Shown here piece after piece: positions 40,883-50,460 of a DNA stretch of 64,000 bases. The stretch is from a bacterium. GTDB taxonomy: Bacteria > Bacteroidota > Ignavibacteria > UBA10030. The notes beneath the pieces were generated by a model. That model saw nothing but the letters and a program-made list of their open reading frames with translations, was not told where the DNA came from and did not search any database. Where the stretch lies: contig JAZDJN010000042.1 in assembly GCA_043803945.1 (NCBI GenBank), positions 32,001 to 96,000 on the forward strand, given 5' to 3'. The number at the start of each line of letters is the position of its first letter. Positions within the stretch are counted from its first letter, which is position 1. A program made the position numbers and the translations under genes.

Positions 40883-42280
40883 ATGAAATTTTCAATGTAC
40901 CTTGCACTGCCTCTTCTCCTGATTTTCTTGTGCTCTTCCTGCTCGAGGAAGAATACCCAACGACAATTCACGGGGGCAGATGGAGAGATGAAACTCATAA
41001 CGCTCGATCCCGGACATTTTCATGCGGGACTCATTCAGAAGGTGATGTATCCGCAGGTGTCTCCGGTCGTGTCTGTGTACGCACCCGTAGGCAAGGATGT
41101 GTTGGAACACTTGAAACGGATCGAGGCCTTCAATACACGAACAGAGAATCCTACACACTGGGAAGAAAAGGTCTATACCGGCCCTGACTTCTTCGAAAAA
41201 ATGCTGTCAGAGAAATCTGGGAACATTGTTGTGCTTTCCGGGAAGAATAGTAAGAAGGCGGAGTACATTAAGAGAGCGGTTGAAGCGGGCTTGAATGTGT
41301 TTGCCGACAAACCAATGTGCATCGACTCGAAGGGATTTGAGATGCTCAAGGAGGCCTTTGCTGCAGCGGAACAGAAGGGAGTCCTTCTTTATGATATGAT
41401 GACCGAACGTAGCGAGATTACCACAATACTGCAAAAAGAGTTTATGCAATTTCCCGAAGTATTCGGCGACTTAGTACAGGGAACCGAGGAGGATCCGGCT
41501 GTAATCAAGGAGAGTGTTCACCATTTCTATAAGAATGTGGCGGGGAAGCCGCTCATCCGGCCGGAATGGTTCTTTGATGTCCAGCAGCAGGGTGAGGGCA
41601 TCGTGGATGTCACCACACACCTGGTCGATCTTGTCCAATGGGAATGTTTTCCCGAGCAGCCGTTACGGCACCAGTCTGAGATCAAAGTGCTGCGCGCCAA
41701 GCGCTGGGCAACATCGTTAACGCTCGATGAATTTAGCAGAATCACAGGTGCGAAGACATTTCCAAAATATTTGCTGAAGGATGAACAAGGCAAGAATCTC
41801 GAGATGTATAGTAACGGCGAAATTCACTATACAATAAGGGGAGTTCATACGAAGATTTCCGTTACCTGGAATTTTCAGGCCCCTGAAGGGGGAGGAGATA
41901 CACATTTCTCTGTTATTCGCGGTTCAAAGTCGAATATCATCATCCAACAGGGTGAACAGGAACGATATCGTCCAGAGCTTTATATTGAGGCTTCAACGCC
42001 CGAAAAGCGGGAAGATGTTGGAGTGAGCATCGCACGAACCATCACACAACTGCAGCCCCGTTATCCGGATTTAGCCCTGGAAAAAGAGGGGAATCGATGG
42101 CATGTGATTATTTCGGATAAGTATCGGGTGGGGCACGAAGGACATTTTGGAGAGGTCACGGAGCGATACTTACGCTATTTGCGTGAAGGGCAATTGCCAC
42201 CATGGGAAGTGCCGAACATGATTGCAAAATACTATACGATCATCACAGCATATGAGATGGCTCATCGCGAGAATCGATAA
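40883..42280 (+). CDS. Exported Gfo/Idh/MocA-type putative oxidoreductase
   Basis: Signal or lipobox-like N-terminus; LDPGHFHA; NVFADKPM; DMMTER; GEGIVDVTTHLVD; GHEGHF. Confidence 0.75.
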   Translation: MKFSMYLALPLLLIFLCSSCSRKNTQRQFTGADGEMKLITLDPGHFHAGLIQKVMYPQVSPVVSVYAPVGKDVLEHLKRIEAFNTRTENPTHWEEKVYTGPDFFEKMLSEKSGNIVVLSGKNSKKAEYIKRAVEAGLNVFADKPMCIDSKGFEMLKEAFAAAEQKGVLLYDMMTERSEITTILQKEFMQFPEVFGDLVQGTEEDPAVIKESVHHFYKNVAGKPLIRPEWFFDVQQQGEGIVDVTTHLVDLVQWECFPEQPLRHQSEIKVLRAKRWATSLTLDEFSRITGAKTFPKYLLKDEQGKNLEMYSNGEIHYTIRGVHTKISVTWNFQAPEGGGDTHFSVIRGSKSNIIIQQGEQERYRPELYIEASTPEKREDVGVSIARTITQLQPRYPDLALEKEGNRWHVIISDKYRVGHEGHFGEVTERYLRYLREGQLPPWEVPNMIAKYYTIITAYEMAHRENR

Positions 42281-42478
42281 AAAAAACAAGTACCGTATCG
42301 TCTGCAATACTTATGAAAACAATGGCGAGAGACGATTTCTAATTGTGGGAAAATCCTTCATCCTCCAGTCTCCAGCAATTGGTGTCTTTTGCATTGCATA
42401 CGACTTATTACTTTAGTAGCTTCGACCCTAAAATTTCTGATCTGAAACGATCTGTAACGAACGATGGGTATTCAATTG

Positions 42479-44692
42479 ATGAAGCGACTCTTCTTCCTTG
42501 CCATCCTGCCCTGTGTACTCTTTGCCCAGGGGGTGGATATTCGAGGCGTAATCTCCGATTCAACGACAAAAGAAAAAATTCCATTTGCAAATATTTATAT
42601 TCTTGGAACCAGCAAAGGAGCTAATGCAAATGTCGATGGATTCTATCTGATTGCCAAAGTACCGGTTGGGACCTATGAAATTGCGGCAAGCGCAATCGGG
42701 TATGGACGAAAAGTAGTGAAGGTCACTGTCAGCGGCAACGCTCCTATTGTTCTGAATTTTCTCCTTCCATCACGGGCAGTGGAATCGGAAGAAGTCCTTA
42801 TTTCGGGCTCAAGAAAATTCGACCGGGCTGAGATGCGTGTCAGTACCCATGTGATCGAGAAAGAAGATGTGCGGCAGGTGCCTATGCCGGTCCAACCGGA
42901 TATCTTTCGATCATTGAAGATGCTTCCTGGGATCGTCTCAACCAGCGATGTTAACTCCCAATTTCATGTACGCGGCGGAGCGGGGAATCAAAATTTAATC
43001 CTGTTCAATGGGATTAAAATCTATAATCCTTTCCATGCATTTGGTATCTTCAGCCTTTTTGATCCCGACATTATCCGCAGTACCGAGGTATTTACCGGAG
43101 GATTTCCACCCGGGTATGGGAATCGGCTCTCGTCTGTCATTTCCATGTCAACCAAAGATGGTCGCCGTGACGGAATCGGCGGAAAAGCAAGCGTGAACTT
43201 TATTTCGGGAAAACTCATGGTCGAAGGGCCGCTCCCAAAAGATGCATCTTTTGTCGTCAATGGACGCCAGTCTCTTTTCTCAAGCACCTTCAAACGGTTT
43301 CTTGATAAGGATGTACCTCTTTCCTTCTATGATTTTTTCATCAAAGGTTCTATGCCGCTCGGCGGAGAGGCGTACTTCCGTACTCATGCATTGCTGACCT
43401 CCGATGAACTCAATTCACCGAATATTGAAATGCCATCATACCGTTGGCGCAATAAAGCGTTTGGGATATCACTTTCAGGGTTGTTTATGGACCGCTCCTA
43501 TTTTTTTACCGAGGTGCAGTTGGATGAGTACTACGCTGAGAGCAGGCCGAATCACTCTCAGGGAACACCGGCTTCCACAAAGGTGAAGGATGGGTGGGTA
43601 CGAGCTGAAGCAACATACTATACCGATACTCAGGATCAATTATTTGCCGGCTTTGAAACATCCATGATGAACTTCGAGAATGAATTCACCAACAGCTATG
43701 GTGTCAAACGCACCCTCGATGATAACTTGTTTCAAATGAATGCATGGATGCGCTTGCAGAAAACGATGAAAAACAAACAAATTGATTTTGGATTCCATGT
43801 AGATATCCCGAGACTATTCAAATCGATTCTGGGCAGCGGGTTTTCCATCTACGATATCCAACCTCGCATGAATTTGAACTACACAATTGCATCGTGGCTC
43901 CGATGGAAAGCGACTTACGGATTCTTCACACAAAAAATCGTAACCATCGCAAATGAGGATGATGTCATTTCTCTCTTCGAATCTTGGATGCCAATACCGG
44001 GGGATCTTAAGATCGAGCAGTCGCAGCATGTTGTTATTGGCATGGAAGCATCACCAACGCCATGGATCGTCACCACGCTGGAGGGTTACTATAAAGACTT
44101 TGGTTCATTGGTGAGTTACAATAGAGAAAAGGTTGATGCGAATGATCCGGATTATATTAATGCCACAGGGAATGCGTATGGGGTGGAGGCACTGCTCCGG
44201 TATGGCGATCGGATGATCGACCTTTACCTGACCTATTCTTTGGCCTTTACCACCATCGATGCAAATGGATTTGTCTATCCACCGCGCTACGATCGAAGGC
44301 ATAACATCAACGCTATGATCGTTCTTCATCCCATACCGCGGCTCGACGTTTCATTCCGCTGGGAGTTTGGCAGCGGGCTTCCTTTCACACAATCGTTCGG
44401 CTATTATGACCGTTTCTCGTTGCCAAGGATTAACGAAGGAAGTATCCTCAATGAAACAGGCAAGCCATATCTTGTGTTGGGAGAAAAGAATGCCGCCCGG
44501 ATGCCTGCATTCCACAGGCTCGATATCAGCGGAAACTATAGATTCTCCATCAACGCCATCCAGGTGAATCTGGGAGGAAGTATCATTAATGTCTACGACC
44601 GGAAGAATGTTTTTTACTTTGACAGGAAATCAGGAAAACAGATCAATATGCTCTCCTTCTTCCCGTCACTAATGATAGAGATGGAGTTTTAA
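42479..44692 (+). CDS. TonB-dependent outer-membrane receptor (carboxypeptidase-regulatory-like N-domain + plug + barrel)
   Basis: Signal peptide; G.I.DS.TKE.IPFANI; plug LPGI..VRGG..QN; YDRRH; HRLDIS; NVYDRKN; terminal F. Confidence 0.9.
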   Translation: MKRLFFLAILPCVLFAQGVDIRGVISDSTTKEKIPFANIYILGTSKGANANVDGFYLIAKVPVGTYEIAASAIGYGRKVVKVTVSGNAPIVLNFLLPSRAVESEEVLISGSRKFDRAEMRVSTHVIEKEDVRQVPMPVQPDIFRSLKMLPGIVSTSDVNSQFHVRGGAGNQNLILFNGIKIYNPFHAFGIFSLFDPDIIRSTEVFTGGFPPGYGNRLSSVISMSTKDGRRDGIGGKASVNFISGKLMVEGPLPKDASFVVNGRQSLFSSTFKRFLDKDVPLSFYDFFIKGSMPLGGEAYFRTHALLTSDELNSPNIEMPSYRWRNKAFGISLSGLFMDRSYFFTEVQLDEYYAESRPNHSQGTPASTKVKDGWVRAEATYYTDTQDQLFAGFETSMMNFENEFTNSYGVKRTLDDNLFQMNAWMRLQKTMKNKQIDFGFHVDIPRLFKSILGSGFSIYDIQPRMNLNYTIASWLRWKATYGFFTQKIVTIANEDDVISLFESWMPIPGDLKIEQSQHVVIGMEASPTPWIVTTLEGYYKDFGSLVSYNREKVDANDPDYINATGNAYGVEALLRYGDRMIDLYLTYSLAFTTIDANGFVYPPRYDRRHNINAMIVLHPIPRLDVSFRWEFGSGLPFTQSFGYYDRFSLPRINEGSILNETGKPYLVLGEKNAARMPAFHRLDISGNYRFSINAIQVNLGGSIINVYDRKNVFYFDRKSGKQINMLSFFPSLMIEMEF

Positions 44693-44801
44693 TAATGCAT
44701 CGACATAAGCCTATCGCGTCGAAGGAGAGAATAGTTCCATGAGCATGAGTCCAGGAAATTCTATGAAAGAGTGTTTCATTGCAGATGAGGGGAGCAAGTG
44801 A

Positions 44802-45752
44802 ATGAAGAAACCAGTTATTGCCATTATTGCCCTATTATGCTTCTTTAGCGGCTGCAAGGAGACATTTTCACCCAGTGCGCCCTTTGAAAAGCGTTTGGTG
44901 ATCTACAGCCTGATGAATACCAATCAGAGCCGTCAATTCGTCCGAGTAGCCACCTCCTATGATGCTGCGAATTATGATCCCTACATGCAACTGTCCGATC
45001 CGCAGGTTGTCAATGCAGCGGTCGAACTGAGTGATGGAAAGGTAAAAGTATTACTGCATGACACGCTTGTTACGCGGGACGATACTTCGCGTTATCATGA
45101 TAAGATTCATGCTTATGTCGCAGATGACTTTAAACCACTTCAGGGGAAGACGTATTCTCTCACAATTACAGCACCGGAACAGGGGAAGGTTGTAGCTTCA
45201 GTGGCAATTCCTGAAAGGGGATATCTTACGATTACAAGCTATGGACCGTTGATCTCCCTCCTTTCAACGAGTACTGTGATCCAAGGAAGTGCCCGGCTTG
45301 CAGGCGGTGCCTATGGTTATGTGGTAAGGATGTTCATCGACTATGAAGTTAAAGAAAGCAATGGCACATGGCTCCAGTATCGTGCGGAGATGCCAAGTGT
45401 TTATGATTCTACTGATGGAGATAATAAGAAATGGTATCCGCAATACAAGAGAAATCTTAATCGAGTCTATCCATCGTCAACTATACTCTTTGGATTTGCG
45501 AAGGAACCGTACGTTGGACTTGTTACTCGGGTGCTAGACAAGTACAGCAGACAAGACATTCGAAACACGACGGCCTGGTTCTATCTCTATCAGATCGATA
45601 AAAACCTGTATAACTATTACAGTATCGCCAATAACTTTCAAGATGAATATTCGATCAGGGTCGATATGCCTGATTATACAAGCATTAAGGGTGCGTACGG
45701 AGTCTTTGGGGGTGTATCCGTCGATTCCCTTTCAATCTTGCTGCGATGGTAG
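44802..45752 (+). CDS. DUF4249-like lipoprotein, partner of the TonB receptor
   Basis: Lipobox FSGC; GKTYSL.I; C-terminal TSIKGAYGVFG. Confidence 0.75.
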   Translation: MKKPVIAIIALLCFFSGCKETFSPSAPFEKRLVIYSLMNTNQSRQFVRVATSYDAANYDPYMQLSDPQVVNAAVELSDGKVKVLLHDTLVTRDDTSRYHDKIHAYVADDFKPLQGKTYSLTITAPEQGKVVASVAIPERGYLTITSYGPLISLLSTSTVIQGSARLAGGAYGYVVRMFIDYEVKESNGTWLQYRAEMPSVYDSTDGDNKKWYPQYKRNLNRVYPSSTILFGFAKEPYVGLVTRVLDKYSRQDIRNTTAWFYLYQIDKNLYNYYSIANNFQDEYSIRVDMPDYTSIKGAYGVFGGVSVDSLSILLRW

Positions 45753-45754
45753 AG

Positions 45755-46113
45755 CTTTTAACAATGCGTTGGGATTTGGCATCTCCCAATCCGGACGTTA
45801 TCTCCGGCATTTTCTTTACGATGGATTCAATGCCGATCTGAAGGGCCGGATTGTTTTCGATGGCCTGGATGCTCATGTTGGTGGATTTTCTTGGTTCCAT
45901 ATCCCCTTTTCACGGTTACAATCGGAGCGTGTGAAAAACCATGATCCCAGACCCTCTCTCGAGGAGCGATATAAAAACGAAGAGCATTACCTCCAGCTTA
46001 TCGACCGCTCAATCAACGATCTGGTAAAAAGAAGATTTCTGCTTCAAGACGATGCTCCGGCACTTCGGGATCGGGCCCGACAATATTGGAAGTTCACGAC
46101 GACAGTCCAATAG
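45755..46113 (+). pseudogene. Remnant of a large alpha/beta-hydrolase-domain protein
   Basis: No start codon or RBS. Nucleophile-elbow segment GFGISQSGRYLRHFLYDGFNAD..GRIVFDG is fused to the family C-terminus IPF..DPRPSLEERY....Y..LV..RFLL.DD. Confidence 0.7.
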
Positions 46114-46174
46114 CAGGGCGGTCGTTCTCCGTACTCTTCTCCGTAACAATTACCGGAGTTCAAGACATCCTTGC

Positions 46175-47089
46175 TTAATAGAAGAGTGAATCGTCGGAGT
46201 CGATATTCTTCCTTTGATATCCTCGTTTTGCCTTTTGTCCTGATTTCAGTATTCCAGATAATCCTTCCCAATCATCGTTCTCCAGGCATTTTTGGATCCG
46301 CCTGGATATTTTTTCGTACCTCTCGAATGCCATCTGAATATTTTTTTTATTCGCTTGGAGAATTCCTATCATCATTTCTGGTGATGATGCCGCCAGGCGT
46401 GTACCGCTTTCAAAGCCGGTTCCGATGAAGGGCAAATGGTCTTTCGTTACTTTCTTCCAGCAGGCAGAAACCAGAGTGGTGGCCAGAAGATAGGGGAGAT
46501 GACTTGTGTAAGCCAGAGTGCGGTCATGTTCCTGAGGGTCAACCTCAATGGGTATTGCATTGATCTTTTTGATTATGGTTTTAATAAGTTCCAGATCCCT
46601 TTTCGATCGGTTGGTGTGATTCATAAGGCTGAGGAAAAAATATCGATGGCTGAAGAGCTGGGCGTTCCACCCATGGTGCCCGATATGTTCGGTTCCCGCC
46701 ATTGGGTGGCCGCCGATAAATCGTGTTCTTCGATGATGCCGGTGGATCCAGGAAAGAATATCAACCTTCGTGCTTCCCAGATCCATGACAAGAGGAGAAC
46801 TCCGGCTCTGGCGCAACTGCTCAATGTAGTGGTGCATGTGATGAACAGGGGTGGCGAGAATGATGAGATCGGTTTCTGGCGGGCGTTCATCGAACGGTAC
46901 GACACGTATTCCCAGACGCCGTTGTGCGTGGCGGTTCACTCGTGAATCAACATCCCATCCCGAATACGTTTGAAAAATCTTATTCTTCTGCGAAGCGAGA
47001 ATGAACGATCCGCCTATTTGTCCCAGGCCAACCACAAAGAGATGTTTTGGGAGTCTCGACTCTGAAAGATTGTTTCGCGTTGTGCTCAC
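46175..47089 (-). CDS. tyrA: Prephenate/arogenate dehydrogenase
   Basis: VVGLGQIGGS; ILATP; DLGSTK; GGHPMAGTE; EHD..LA.TSHLP; TRLAASSPEM. Confidence 0.92.
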   Translation of the reverse strand: MSTTRNNLSESRLPKHLFVVGLGQIGGSFILASQKNKIFQTYSGWDVDSRVNRHAQRRLGIRVVPFDERPPETDLIILATPVHHMHHYIEQLRQSRSSPLVMDLGSTKVDILSWIHRHHRRTRFIGGHPMAGTEHIGHHGWNAQLFSHRYFFLSLMNHTNRSKRDLELIKTIIKKINAIPIEVDPQEHDRTLAYTSHLPYLLATTLVSACWKKVTKDHLPFIGTGFESGTRLAASSPEMMIGILQANKKNIQMAFERYEKISRRIQKCLENDDWEGLSGILKSGQKAKRGYQRKNIDSDDSLFY

Positions 47090-48111
47090 TGCTTCAGGCC
47101 TTTGTGTTGTGAGTGCATCTGCTTAAGTTTTTGCATCATGGATGTAAACATTGGAAAATCCAGACTCTGAGGACCGTCAGACTTTGCCCTCTCAGGTTCT
47201 TTGTGTACTTCCACCATCACGCCATGGGCTCCGACAGCTAATCCAGCGCAGGCGAGTGAAGGAACAAGGCTTCGATTTCCCGTCGCATGGCTCGGATCGA
47301 TAATGATCGGAAGGTGCGAAAGTTGCCGAATTAACGGAACGGCTGAGATATCGAGTGTATACCGGGTTGCTGTCTCAAACGTCCTGATTCCGCGTTCACA
47401 GAGAATGACATTATAATTTCCTCCCTTAAGTATATACTCAGCTGCTAACAAAAATTCTTCAATGGTCGCCATTGGTCCTCGTTTTAAGAGTACGGGTTTG
47501 TCGATTGTACTGACTTCATTAAGGAGGGCGAAGTTCTGCATGTTTCTGGCGCCGATCTGAACGATATCGGCATAGCGTGCCACGACCTCCACATCCTGTG
47601 GAGAGAGGACCTCAGTCACAACGGGCAGCCCGGTCTGTCGGCCTGCTTCGGAAAGGTACTCAAGCGCTTCAACTCCCAACCCCTGGAAGCTATAGGGTGA
47701 CGTCCGTGGTTTGAATGCGCCGCCACGGAGGATGTGAGCTCCCTGGTCCTTTACGAAGTGAGCTGTTTCAAGAATCTGGTCGCGTGATTCTACCGAGCAA
47801 GGGCCGGCAATAACCGTGTACGTATCCGCACAGATGGTATGTGTCCCGAGGGCAATGGTGGTATCGTCATATTTAATATCTCTTGAAGCAAGCTTGAAGG
47901 GCTTCGTGATGGTGATGACATTTTCTACGCCGGCAAAGACTGAGAGATGTGAACGGAGAGCAGATCGTTGATCGCCGATTTCTCCAATCAGCCCAATGAT
48001 GGCATTGCTTTCACCCTGTGAGAGGTGAGGGCGAAAACCGTTTTCTTCGATAAAGGCAATGACATTTTGAATTTCGTGAGGTTGCGAACCTCGTTTCATA
48101 ATGACAACCAT
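47086..48111 (-). CDS. aroF: DAHP synthase, class I-beta with N-terminal ferredoxin/ACT-like regulatory domain
   Basis: True start MVVIMK at 48111 (AAGGAG RBS); IAGPCSVE; [16 protein letters not shown]; [10 protein letters not shown]; [10 protein letters not shown]; DPSHA. Confidence 0.95.
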   Translation of the reverse strand: MVVIMKRGSQPHEIQNVIAFIEENGFRPHLSQGESNAIIGLIGEIGDQRSALRSHLSVFAGVENVITITKPFKLASRDIKYDDTTIALGTHTICADTYTVIAGPCSVESRDQILETAHFVKDQGAHILRGGAFKPRTSPYSFQGLGVEALEYLSEAGRQTGLPVVTEVLSPQDVEVVARYADIVQIGARNMQNFALLNEVSTIDKPVLLKRGPMATIEEFLLAAEYILKGGNYNVILCERGIRTFETATRYTLDISAVPLIRQLSHLPIIIDPSHATGNRSLVPSLACAGLAVGAHGVMVEVHKEPERAKSDGPQSLDFPMFTSMMQKLKQMHSQHKGLKQ

Positions 48112-48115
48112 AGCA

Positions 48116-48493
48116 TTAACTCCTTCTGACTGATTGGTGTTGAACCAGATCAGGCCGTAATTGTTTGGCCTTTCCGATGTATTGATGGCGTATTTGATCC
48201 GGCCTCTTGTCGATGTGTGCAAAAACCAACATCCGCAGAAGTTTCCGCGGCGCATCGACCACATCCATCTCCTGTGAACAAAGAAATGGAATAAACCGAT
48301 ACTCAGCTTTTCTGCTGATGCCAGCCGGAAATGCGGCATTGAGGTCGGTCGTTGCAGTAATAAAAATTGCACAGAGGTCATCCGGTTTAAGCCGGTTCGC
48401 CCTCAAGAGTGCCTGAAGTAATCGATCGGAAGAATGCAGTATCGACTCCTTCGAATTTTCCTTCACGTAAATAGCTCCGCGTATTCCTCTCAT
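48116..48493 (-). CDS. aroH: Chorismate mutase, AroH type
   Basis: MRGIRGA; T.DLNAAFPA; EMDV; H.Y...A..LRPDL. Confidence 0.93.
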   Translation of the reverse strand: MRGIRGAIYVKENSKESILHSSDRLLQALLRANRLKPDDLCAIFITATTDLNAAFPAGISRKAEYRFIPFLCSQEMDVVDAPRKLLRMLVFAHIDKRPDQIRHQYIGKAKQLRPDLVQHQSVRRS

Positions 48494-48511
48494 AGTGACT
48501 CCTTTCTGGTT

Positions 48512-48552
48512 AAAAACAAAGAAGCCCTTCCTGGTGTTTCCAAGAAGGGCTT
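48512..48552 (-). terminator. Intrinsic terminator (attenuator) in the aroH leader
   Basis: Minus strand AAGCCCTTCTTGG-AAACA-CCAGGAAGGGCTT-CTTTGTTTTT, 19 nt before the aroH start. Confidence 0.85.
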
Positions 48553-48575
48553 TTGATTAGAGATGAATTGTAGTG

Positions 48576-48668
48576 TTATGCCATTCTCTTGCCACCAGGG
48601 TGTAATGGTGAGGTCGCGTAATAATAATACGCGTATCGGACTACGTTATACTTGGTTGCCTTTGTCAT
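48576..48668 (-). CDS. Tyr-rich leader peptide MTKATKYNVVRYAYYYYATSPLHPGGKRMA
   Basis: 30 codons with 6 Tyr, four consecutive; lies between a promoter and the terminator of a Tyr-biosynthesis operon. Confidence 0.8.
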   Translation of the reverse strand: MTKATKYNVVRYAYYYYATSPLHPGGKRMA

Positions 48669-48708
48669 TGTCGTTTCGAATGAGTAATCTGTTTCACATC
48701 TCATCTAC

Positions 48709-48737
48709 ACAGTAAAATATTTTCAACCAAAATTCAA
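48709..48737 (-). promoter_or_regulatory. Putative sigma70 promoter of the aro-tyr operon
   Basis: TTGAAT-N17-TACTGT, 40 nt upstream of the leader ATG. Confidence 0.5.
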
Positions 48738-49293
48738 GTAAAAAAACCAAAAGGGTAATTATTCTGATTAGTTTGATGGCCACTACAGCAGCCAACCTTG
48801 CCTTTGATAATAATCCATAATACTTTCTCCTAGAACAACACTCTTCGACGAATGGCGGACATTCCTTTGGGATTTGTTAAGGGTTTGTTTCAGTGTGGAA
48901 GTGGCGCCAAATTCTATTACTTCTTTAGTATCCTGCGCAGCGGGGATATTCATTAGCGCCGATGGTAAAGTGTCCATGACTATAGAAAAAACGATGAGCC
49001 AGCTTCTCGGCCACCCACCAGGCAACCGATCACCGGCTCATCAAGAAGGAGGAGAGGACACTGGCGTGCCCCTCACTAGAAAAAACGGGTGTTTGCGGCA
49101 AAAGTTGTCCTATGCTTAAATATTTCTTCACTCAGGCGTTCCATAACTGAGACGGTTATTATGCATGAATTGGCTGGATTTCTTGTTGCGGCAATTCCCG
49201 ATTGGCAAACTTGCCTTTCATCTGAATCTCTCTTAGTTTCTGCCGGGTATTGGAGCCTAATGATCGTGGCGAATTTGCCAATTGAGGTCAACG

Positions 49294-49539
49294 ATGAGTA
49301 TTGAAGAGCATGGTATGCTAGAGACAATTCTGAAAGAAAAGGGATTTATGAAAGATTTATTCGATGCGATCCCCTTTCCAATATTCATCGTCGATTCGGA
49401 TGTGAATATTCTCTATTGGAATTTTGCCGCCAACGGGATGCTGGGTGAAGAGCAGGTTCTCAAAGTCGATGTTGGATTTACCCATGGGATTTGCCCGGAT
49501 TGTGTTTCCAAGTTGTCGCCAGCGAGTGCGAAAAATTAA
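49294..49539 (+). pseudogene. Collapsed PAS-domain protein (PAS start fused to FTHGICPDC tail)
   Basis: LFDAIPFPIFIVDSDVNILYWNFAA (first half of a PAS) is joined directly to FTHGICPDC; the usual partner CxxC (PICxxCKK) and the rest of the PAS are absent. Confidence 0.6.
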
Positions 49540-49723
49540 TCGGTAGATATTGCTGACACAGTTCTCTGACTCTCAGTCTCTCATAATATTCCATGTCATA
49601 GAGTGACATACTCACAACTTCTCTTAAGACATCAATGAAATCCTTTTAAGCACTGGTTCTGATTCCCTGCGGTATTCGGAATAAGAGAGAACCGGATTAA
49701 TCCACAACGCACTCAGGGATTCC

Positions 49724-50431
49724 ATGACAAAGGCGATTGCTATTGTAACAGGAGGCTCCTCCGGGCTTGGATTGGAAATCGCACGACTACTTCTCCAAAA
49801 AGATCTTCATGTCTGCATTGTTGGCCGTTCATCGAAGAAATTGGCGACAGCACGACAGACACTTGCGCATCATGCCGGAAGAGGTACGTTGATCTCATTT
49901 CAGGGGAACGCTGCCCATGAAGAAGATGTGGCCTCTATGTTTTCCATGCTTACTGAGCAAGGATATCAGGTTACCCATGTCGTTAATTGTGCCGGACAGG
50001 GATTTTTCGGTGAACCAGACCAAACAGACCAATACATCATCAATGAAGTCTTTGACTCAAATCTGATTAGCCTGATGCTTGTCTCGACTTATGCCCTTCG
50101 TGTAATGAAAGAGCAGGGTGGTGTTATTCTCAATGTGATGTCAACATCGGCTCTTGTTGGAAGAGGGAAAGAGACGGTATATTGTGCGGCGAAGTGGGGT
50201 GCTCGAGGGTACACCGAATCCTTGAAACTTGCTCTCCAGGGATCGAACATTAGTGTCATTTCGGTCTTTCCCGGCGGAATGAAAACGCCATTTTGGGAGA
50301 ATCATCCTGAGCGGGCAAATGACGTTGCCGCCTTTATGGATCCCGCAGAGGTTGCAGAGCGGATCATTGATGCCGCGTTCAATATCAAGACTGGGATAAT
50401 CAGCGATCTGGTGATACAACGAAAACGGTAA
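49724..50431 (+). CDS. Short-chain dehydrogenase/reductase
   Basis: VTGGSSGLG; NCAG; S..YCAAK; PGGMKT. Confidence 0.92.
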   Translation: MTKAIAIVTGGSSGLGLEIARLLLQKDLHVCIVGRSSKKLATARQTLAHHAGRGTLISFQGNAAHEEDVASMFSMLTEQGYQVTHVVNCAGQGFFGEPDQTDQYIINEVFDSNLISLMLVSTYALRVMKEQGGVILNVMSTSALVGRGKETVYCAAKWGARGYTESLKLALQGSNISVISVFPGGMKTPFWENHPERANDVAAFMDPAEVAERIIDAAFNIKTGIISDLVIQRKR

Positions 50432-50460
50432 TTCCTAATTAGCCCTGGAGGAGCAGTCCC

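Noticed and set aside
48112-48381. 90-aa N-terminal extension of aroF in the ORF track
   Set aside because: Overlaps aroH in another frame; the real start with RBS is at 48111
48783-49290. Unassigned region with short ORFs and a minus-strand LLLLDEP (Walker-B-like) string near 49031-49060
   Set aside because: Flanked by stops, with no Walker A or ABC signature; possibly decayed DNA but not assignable
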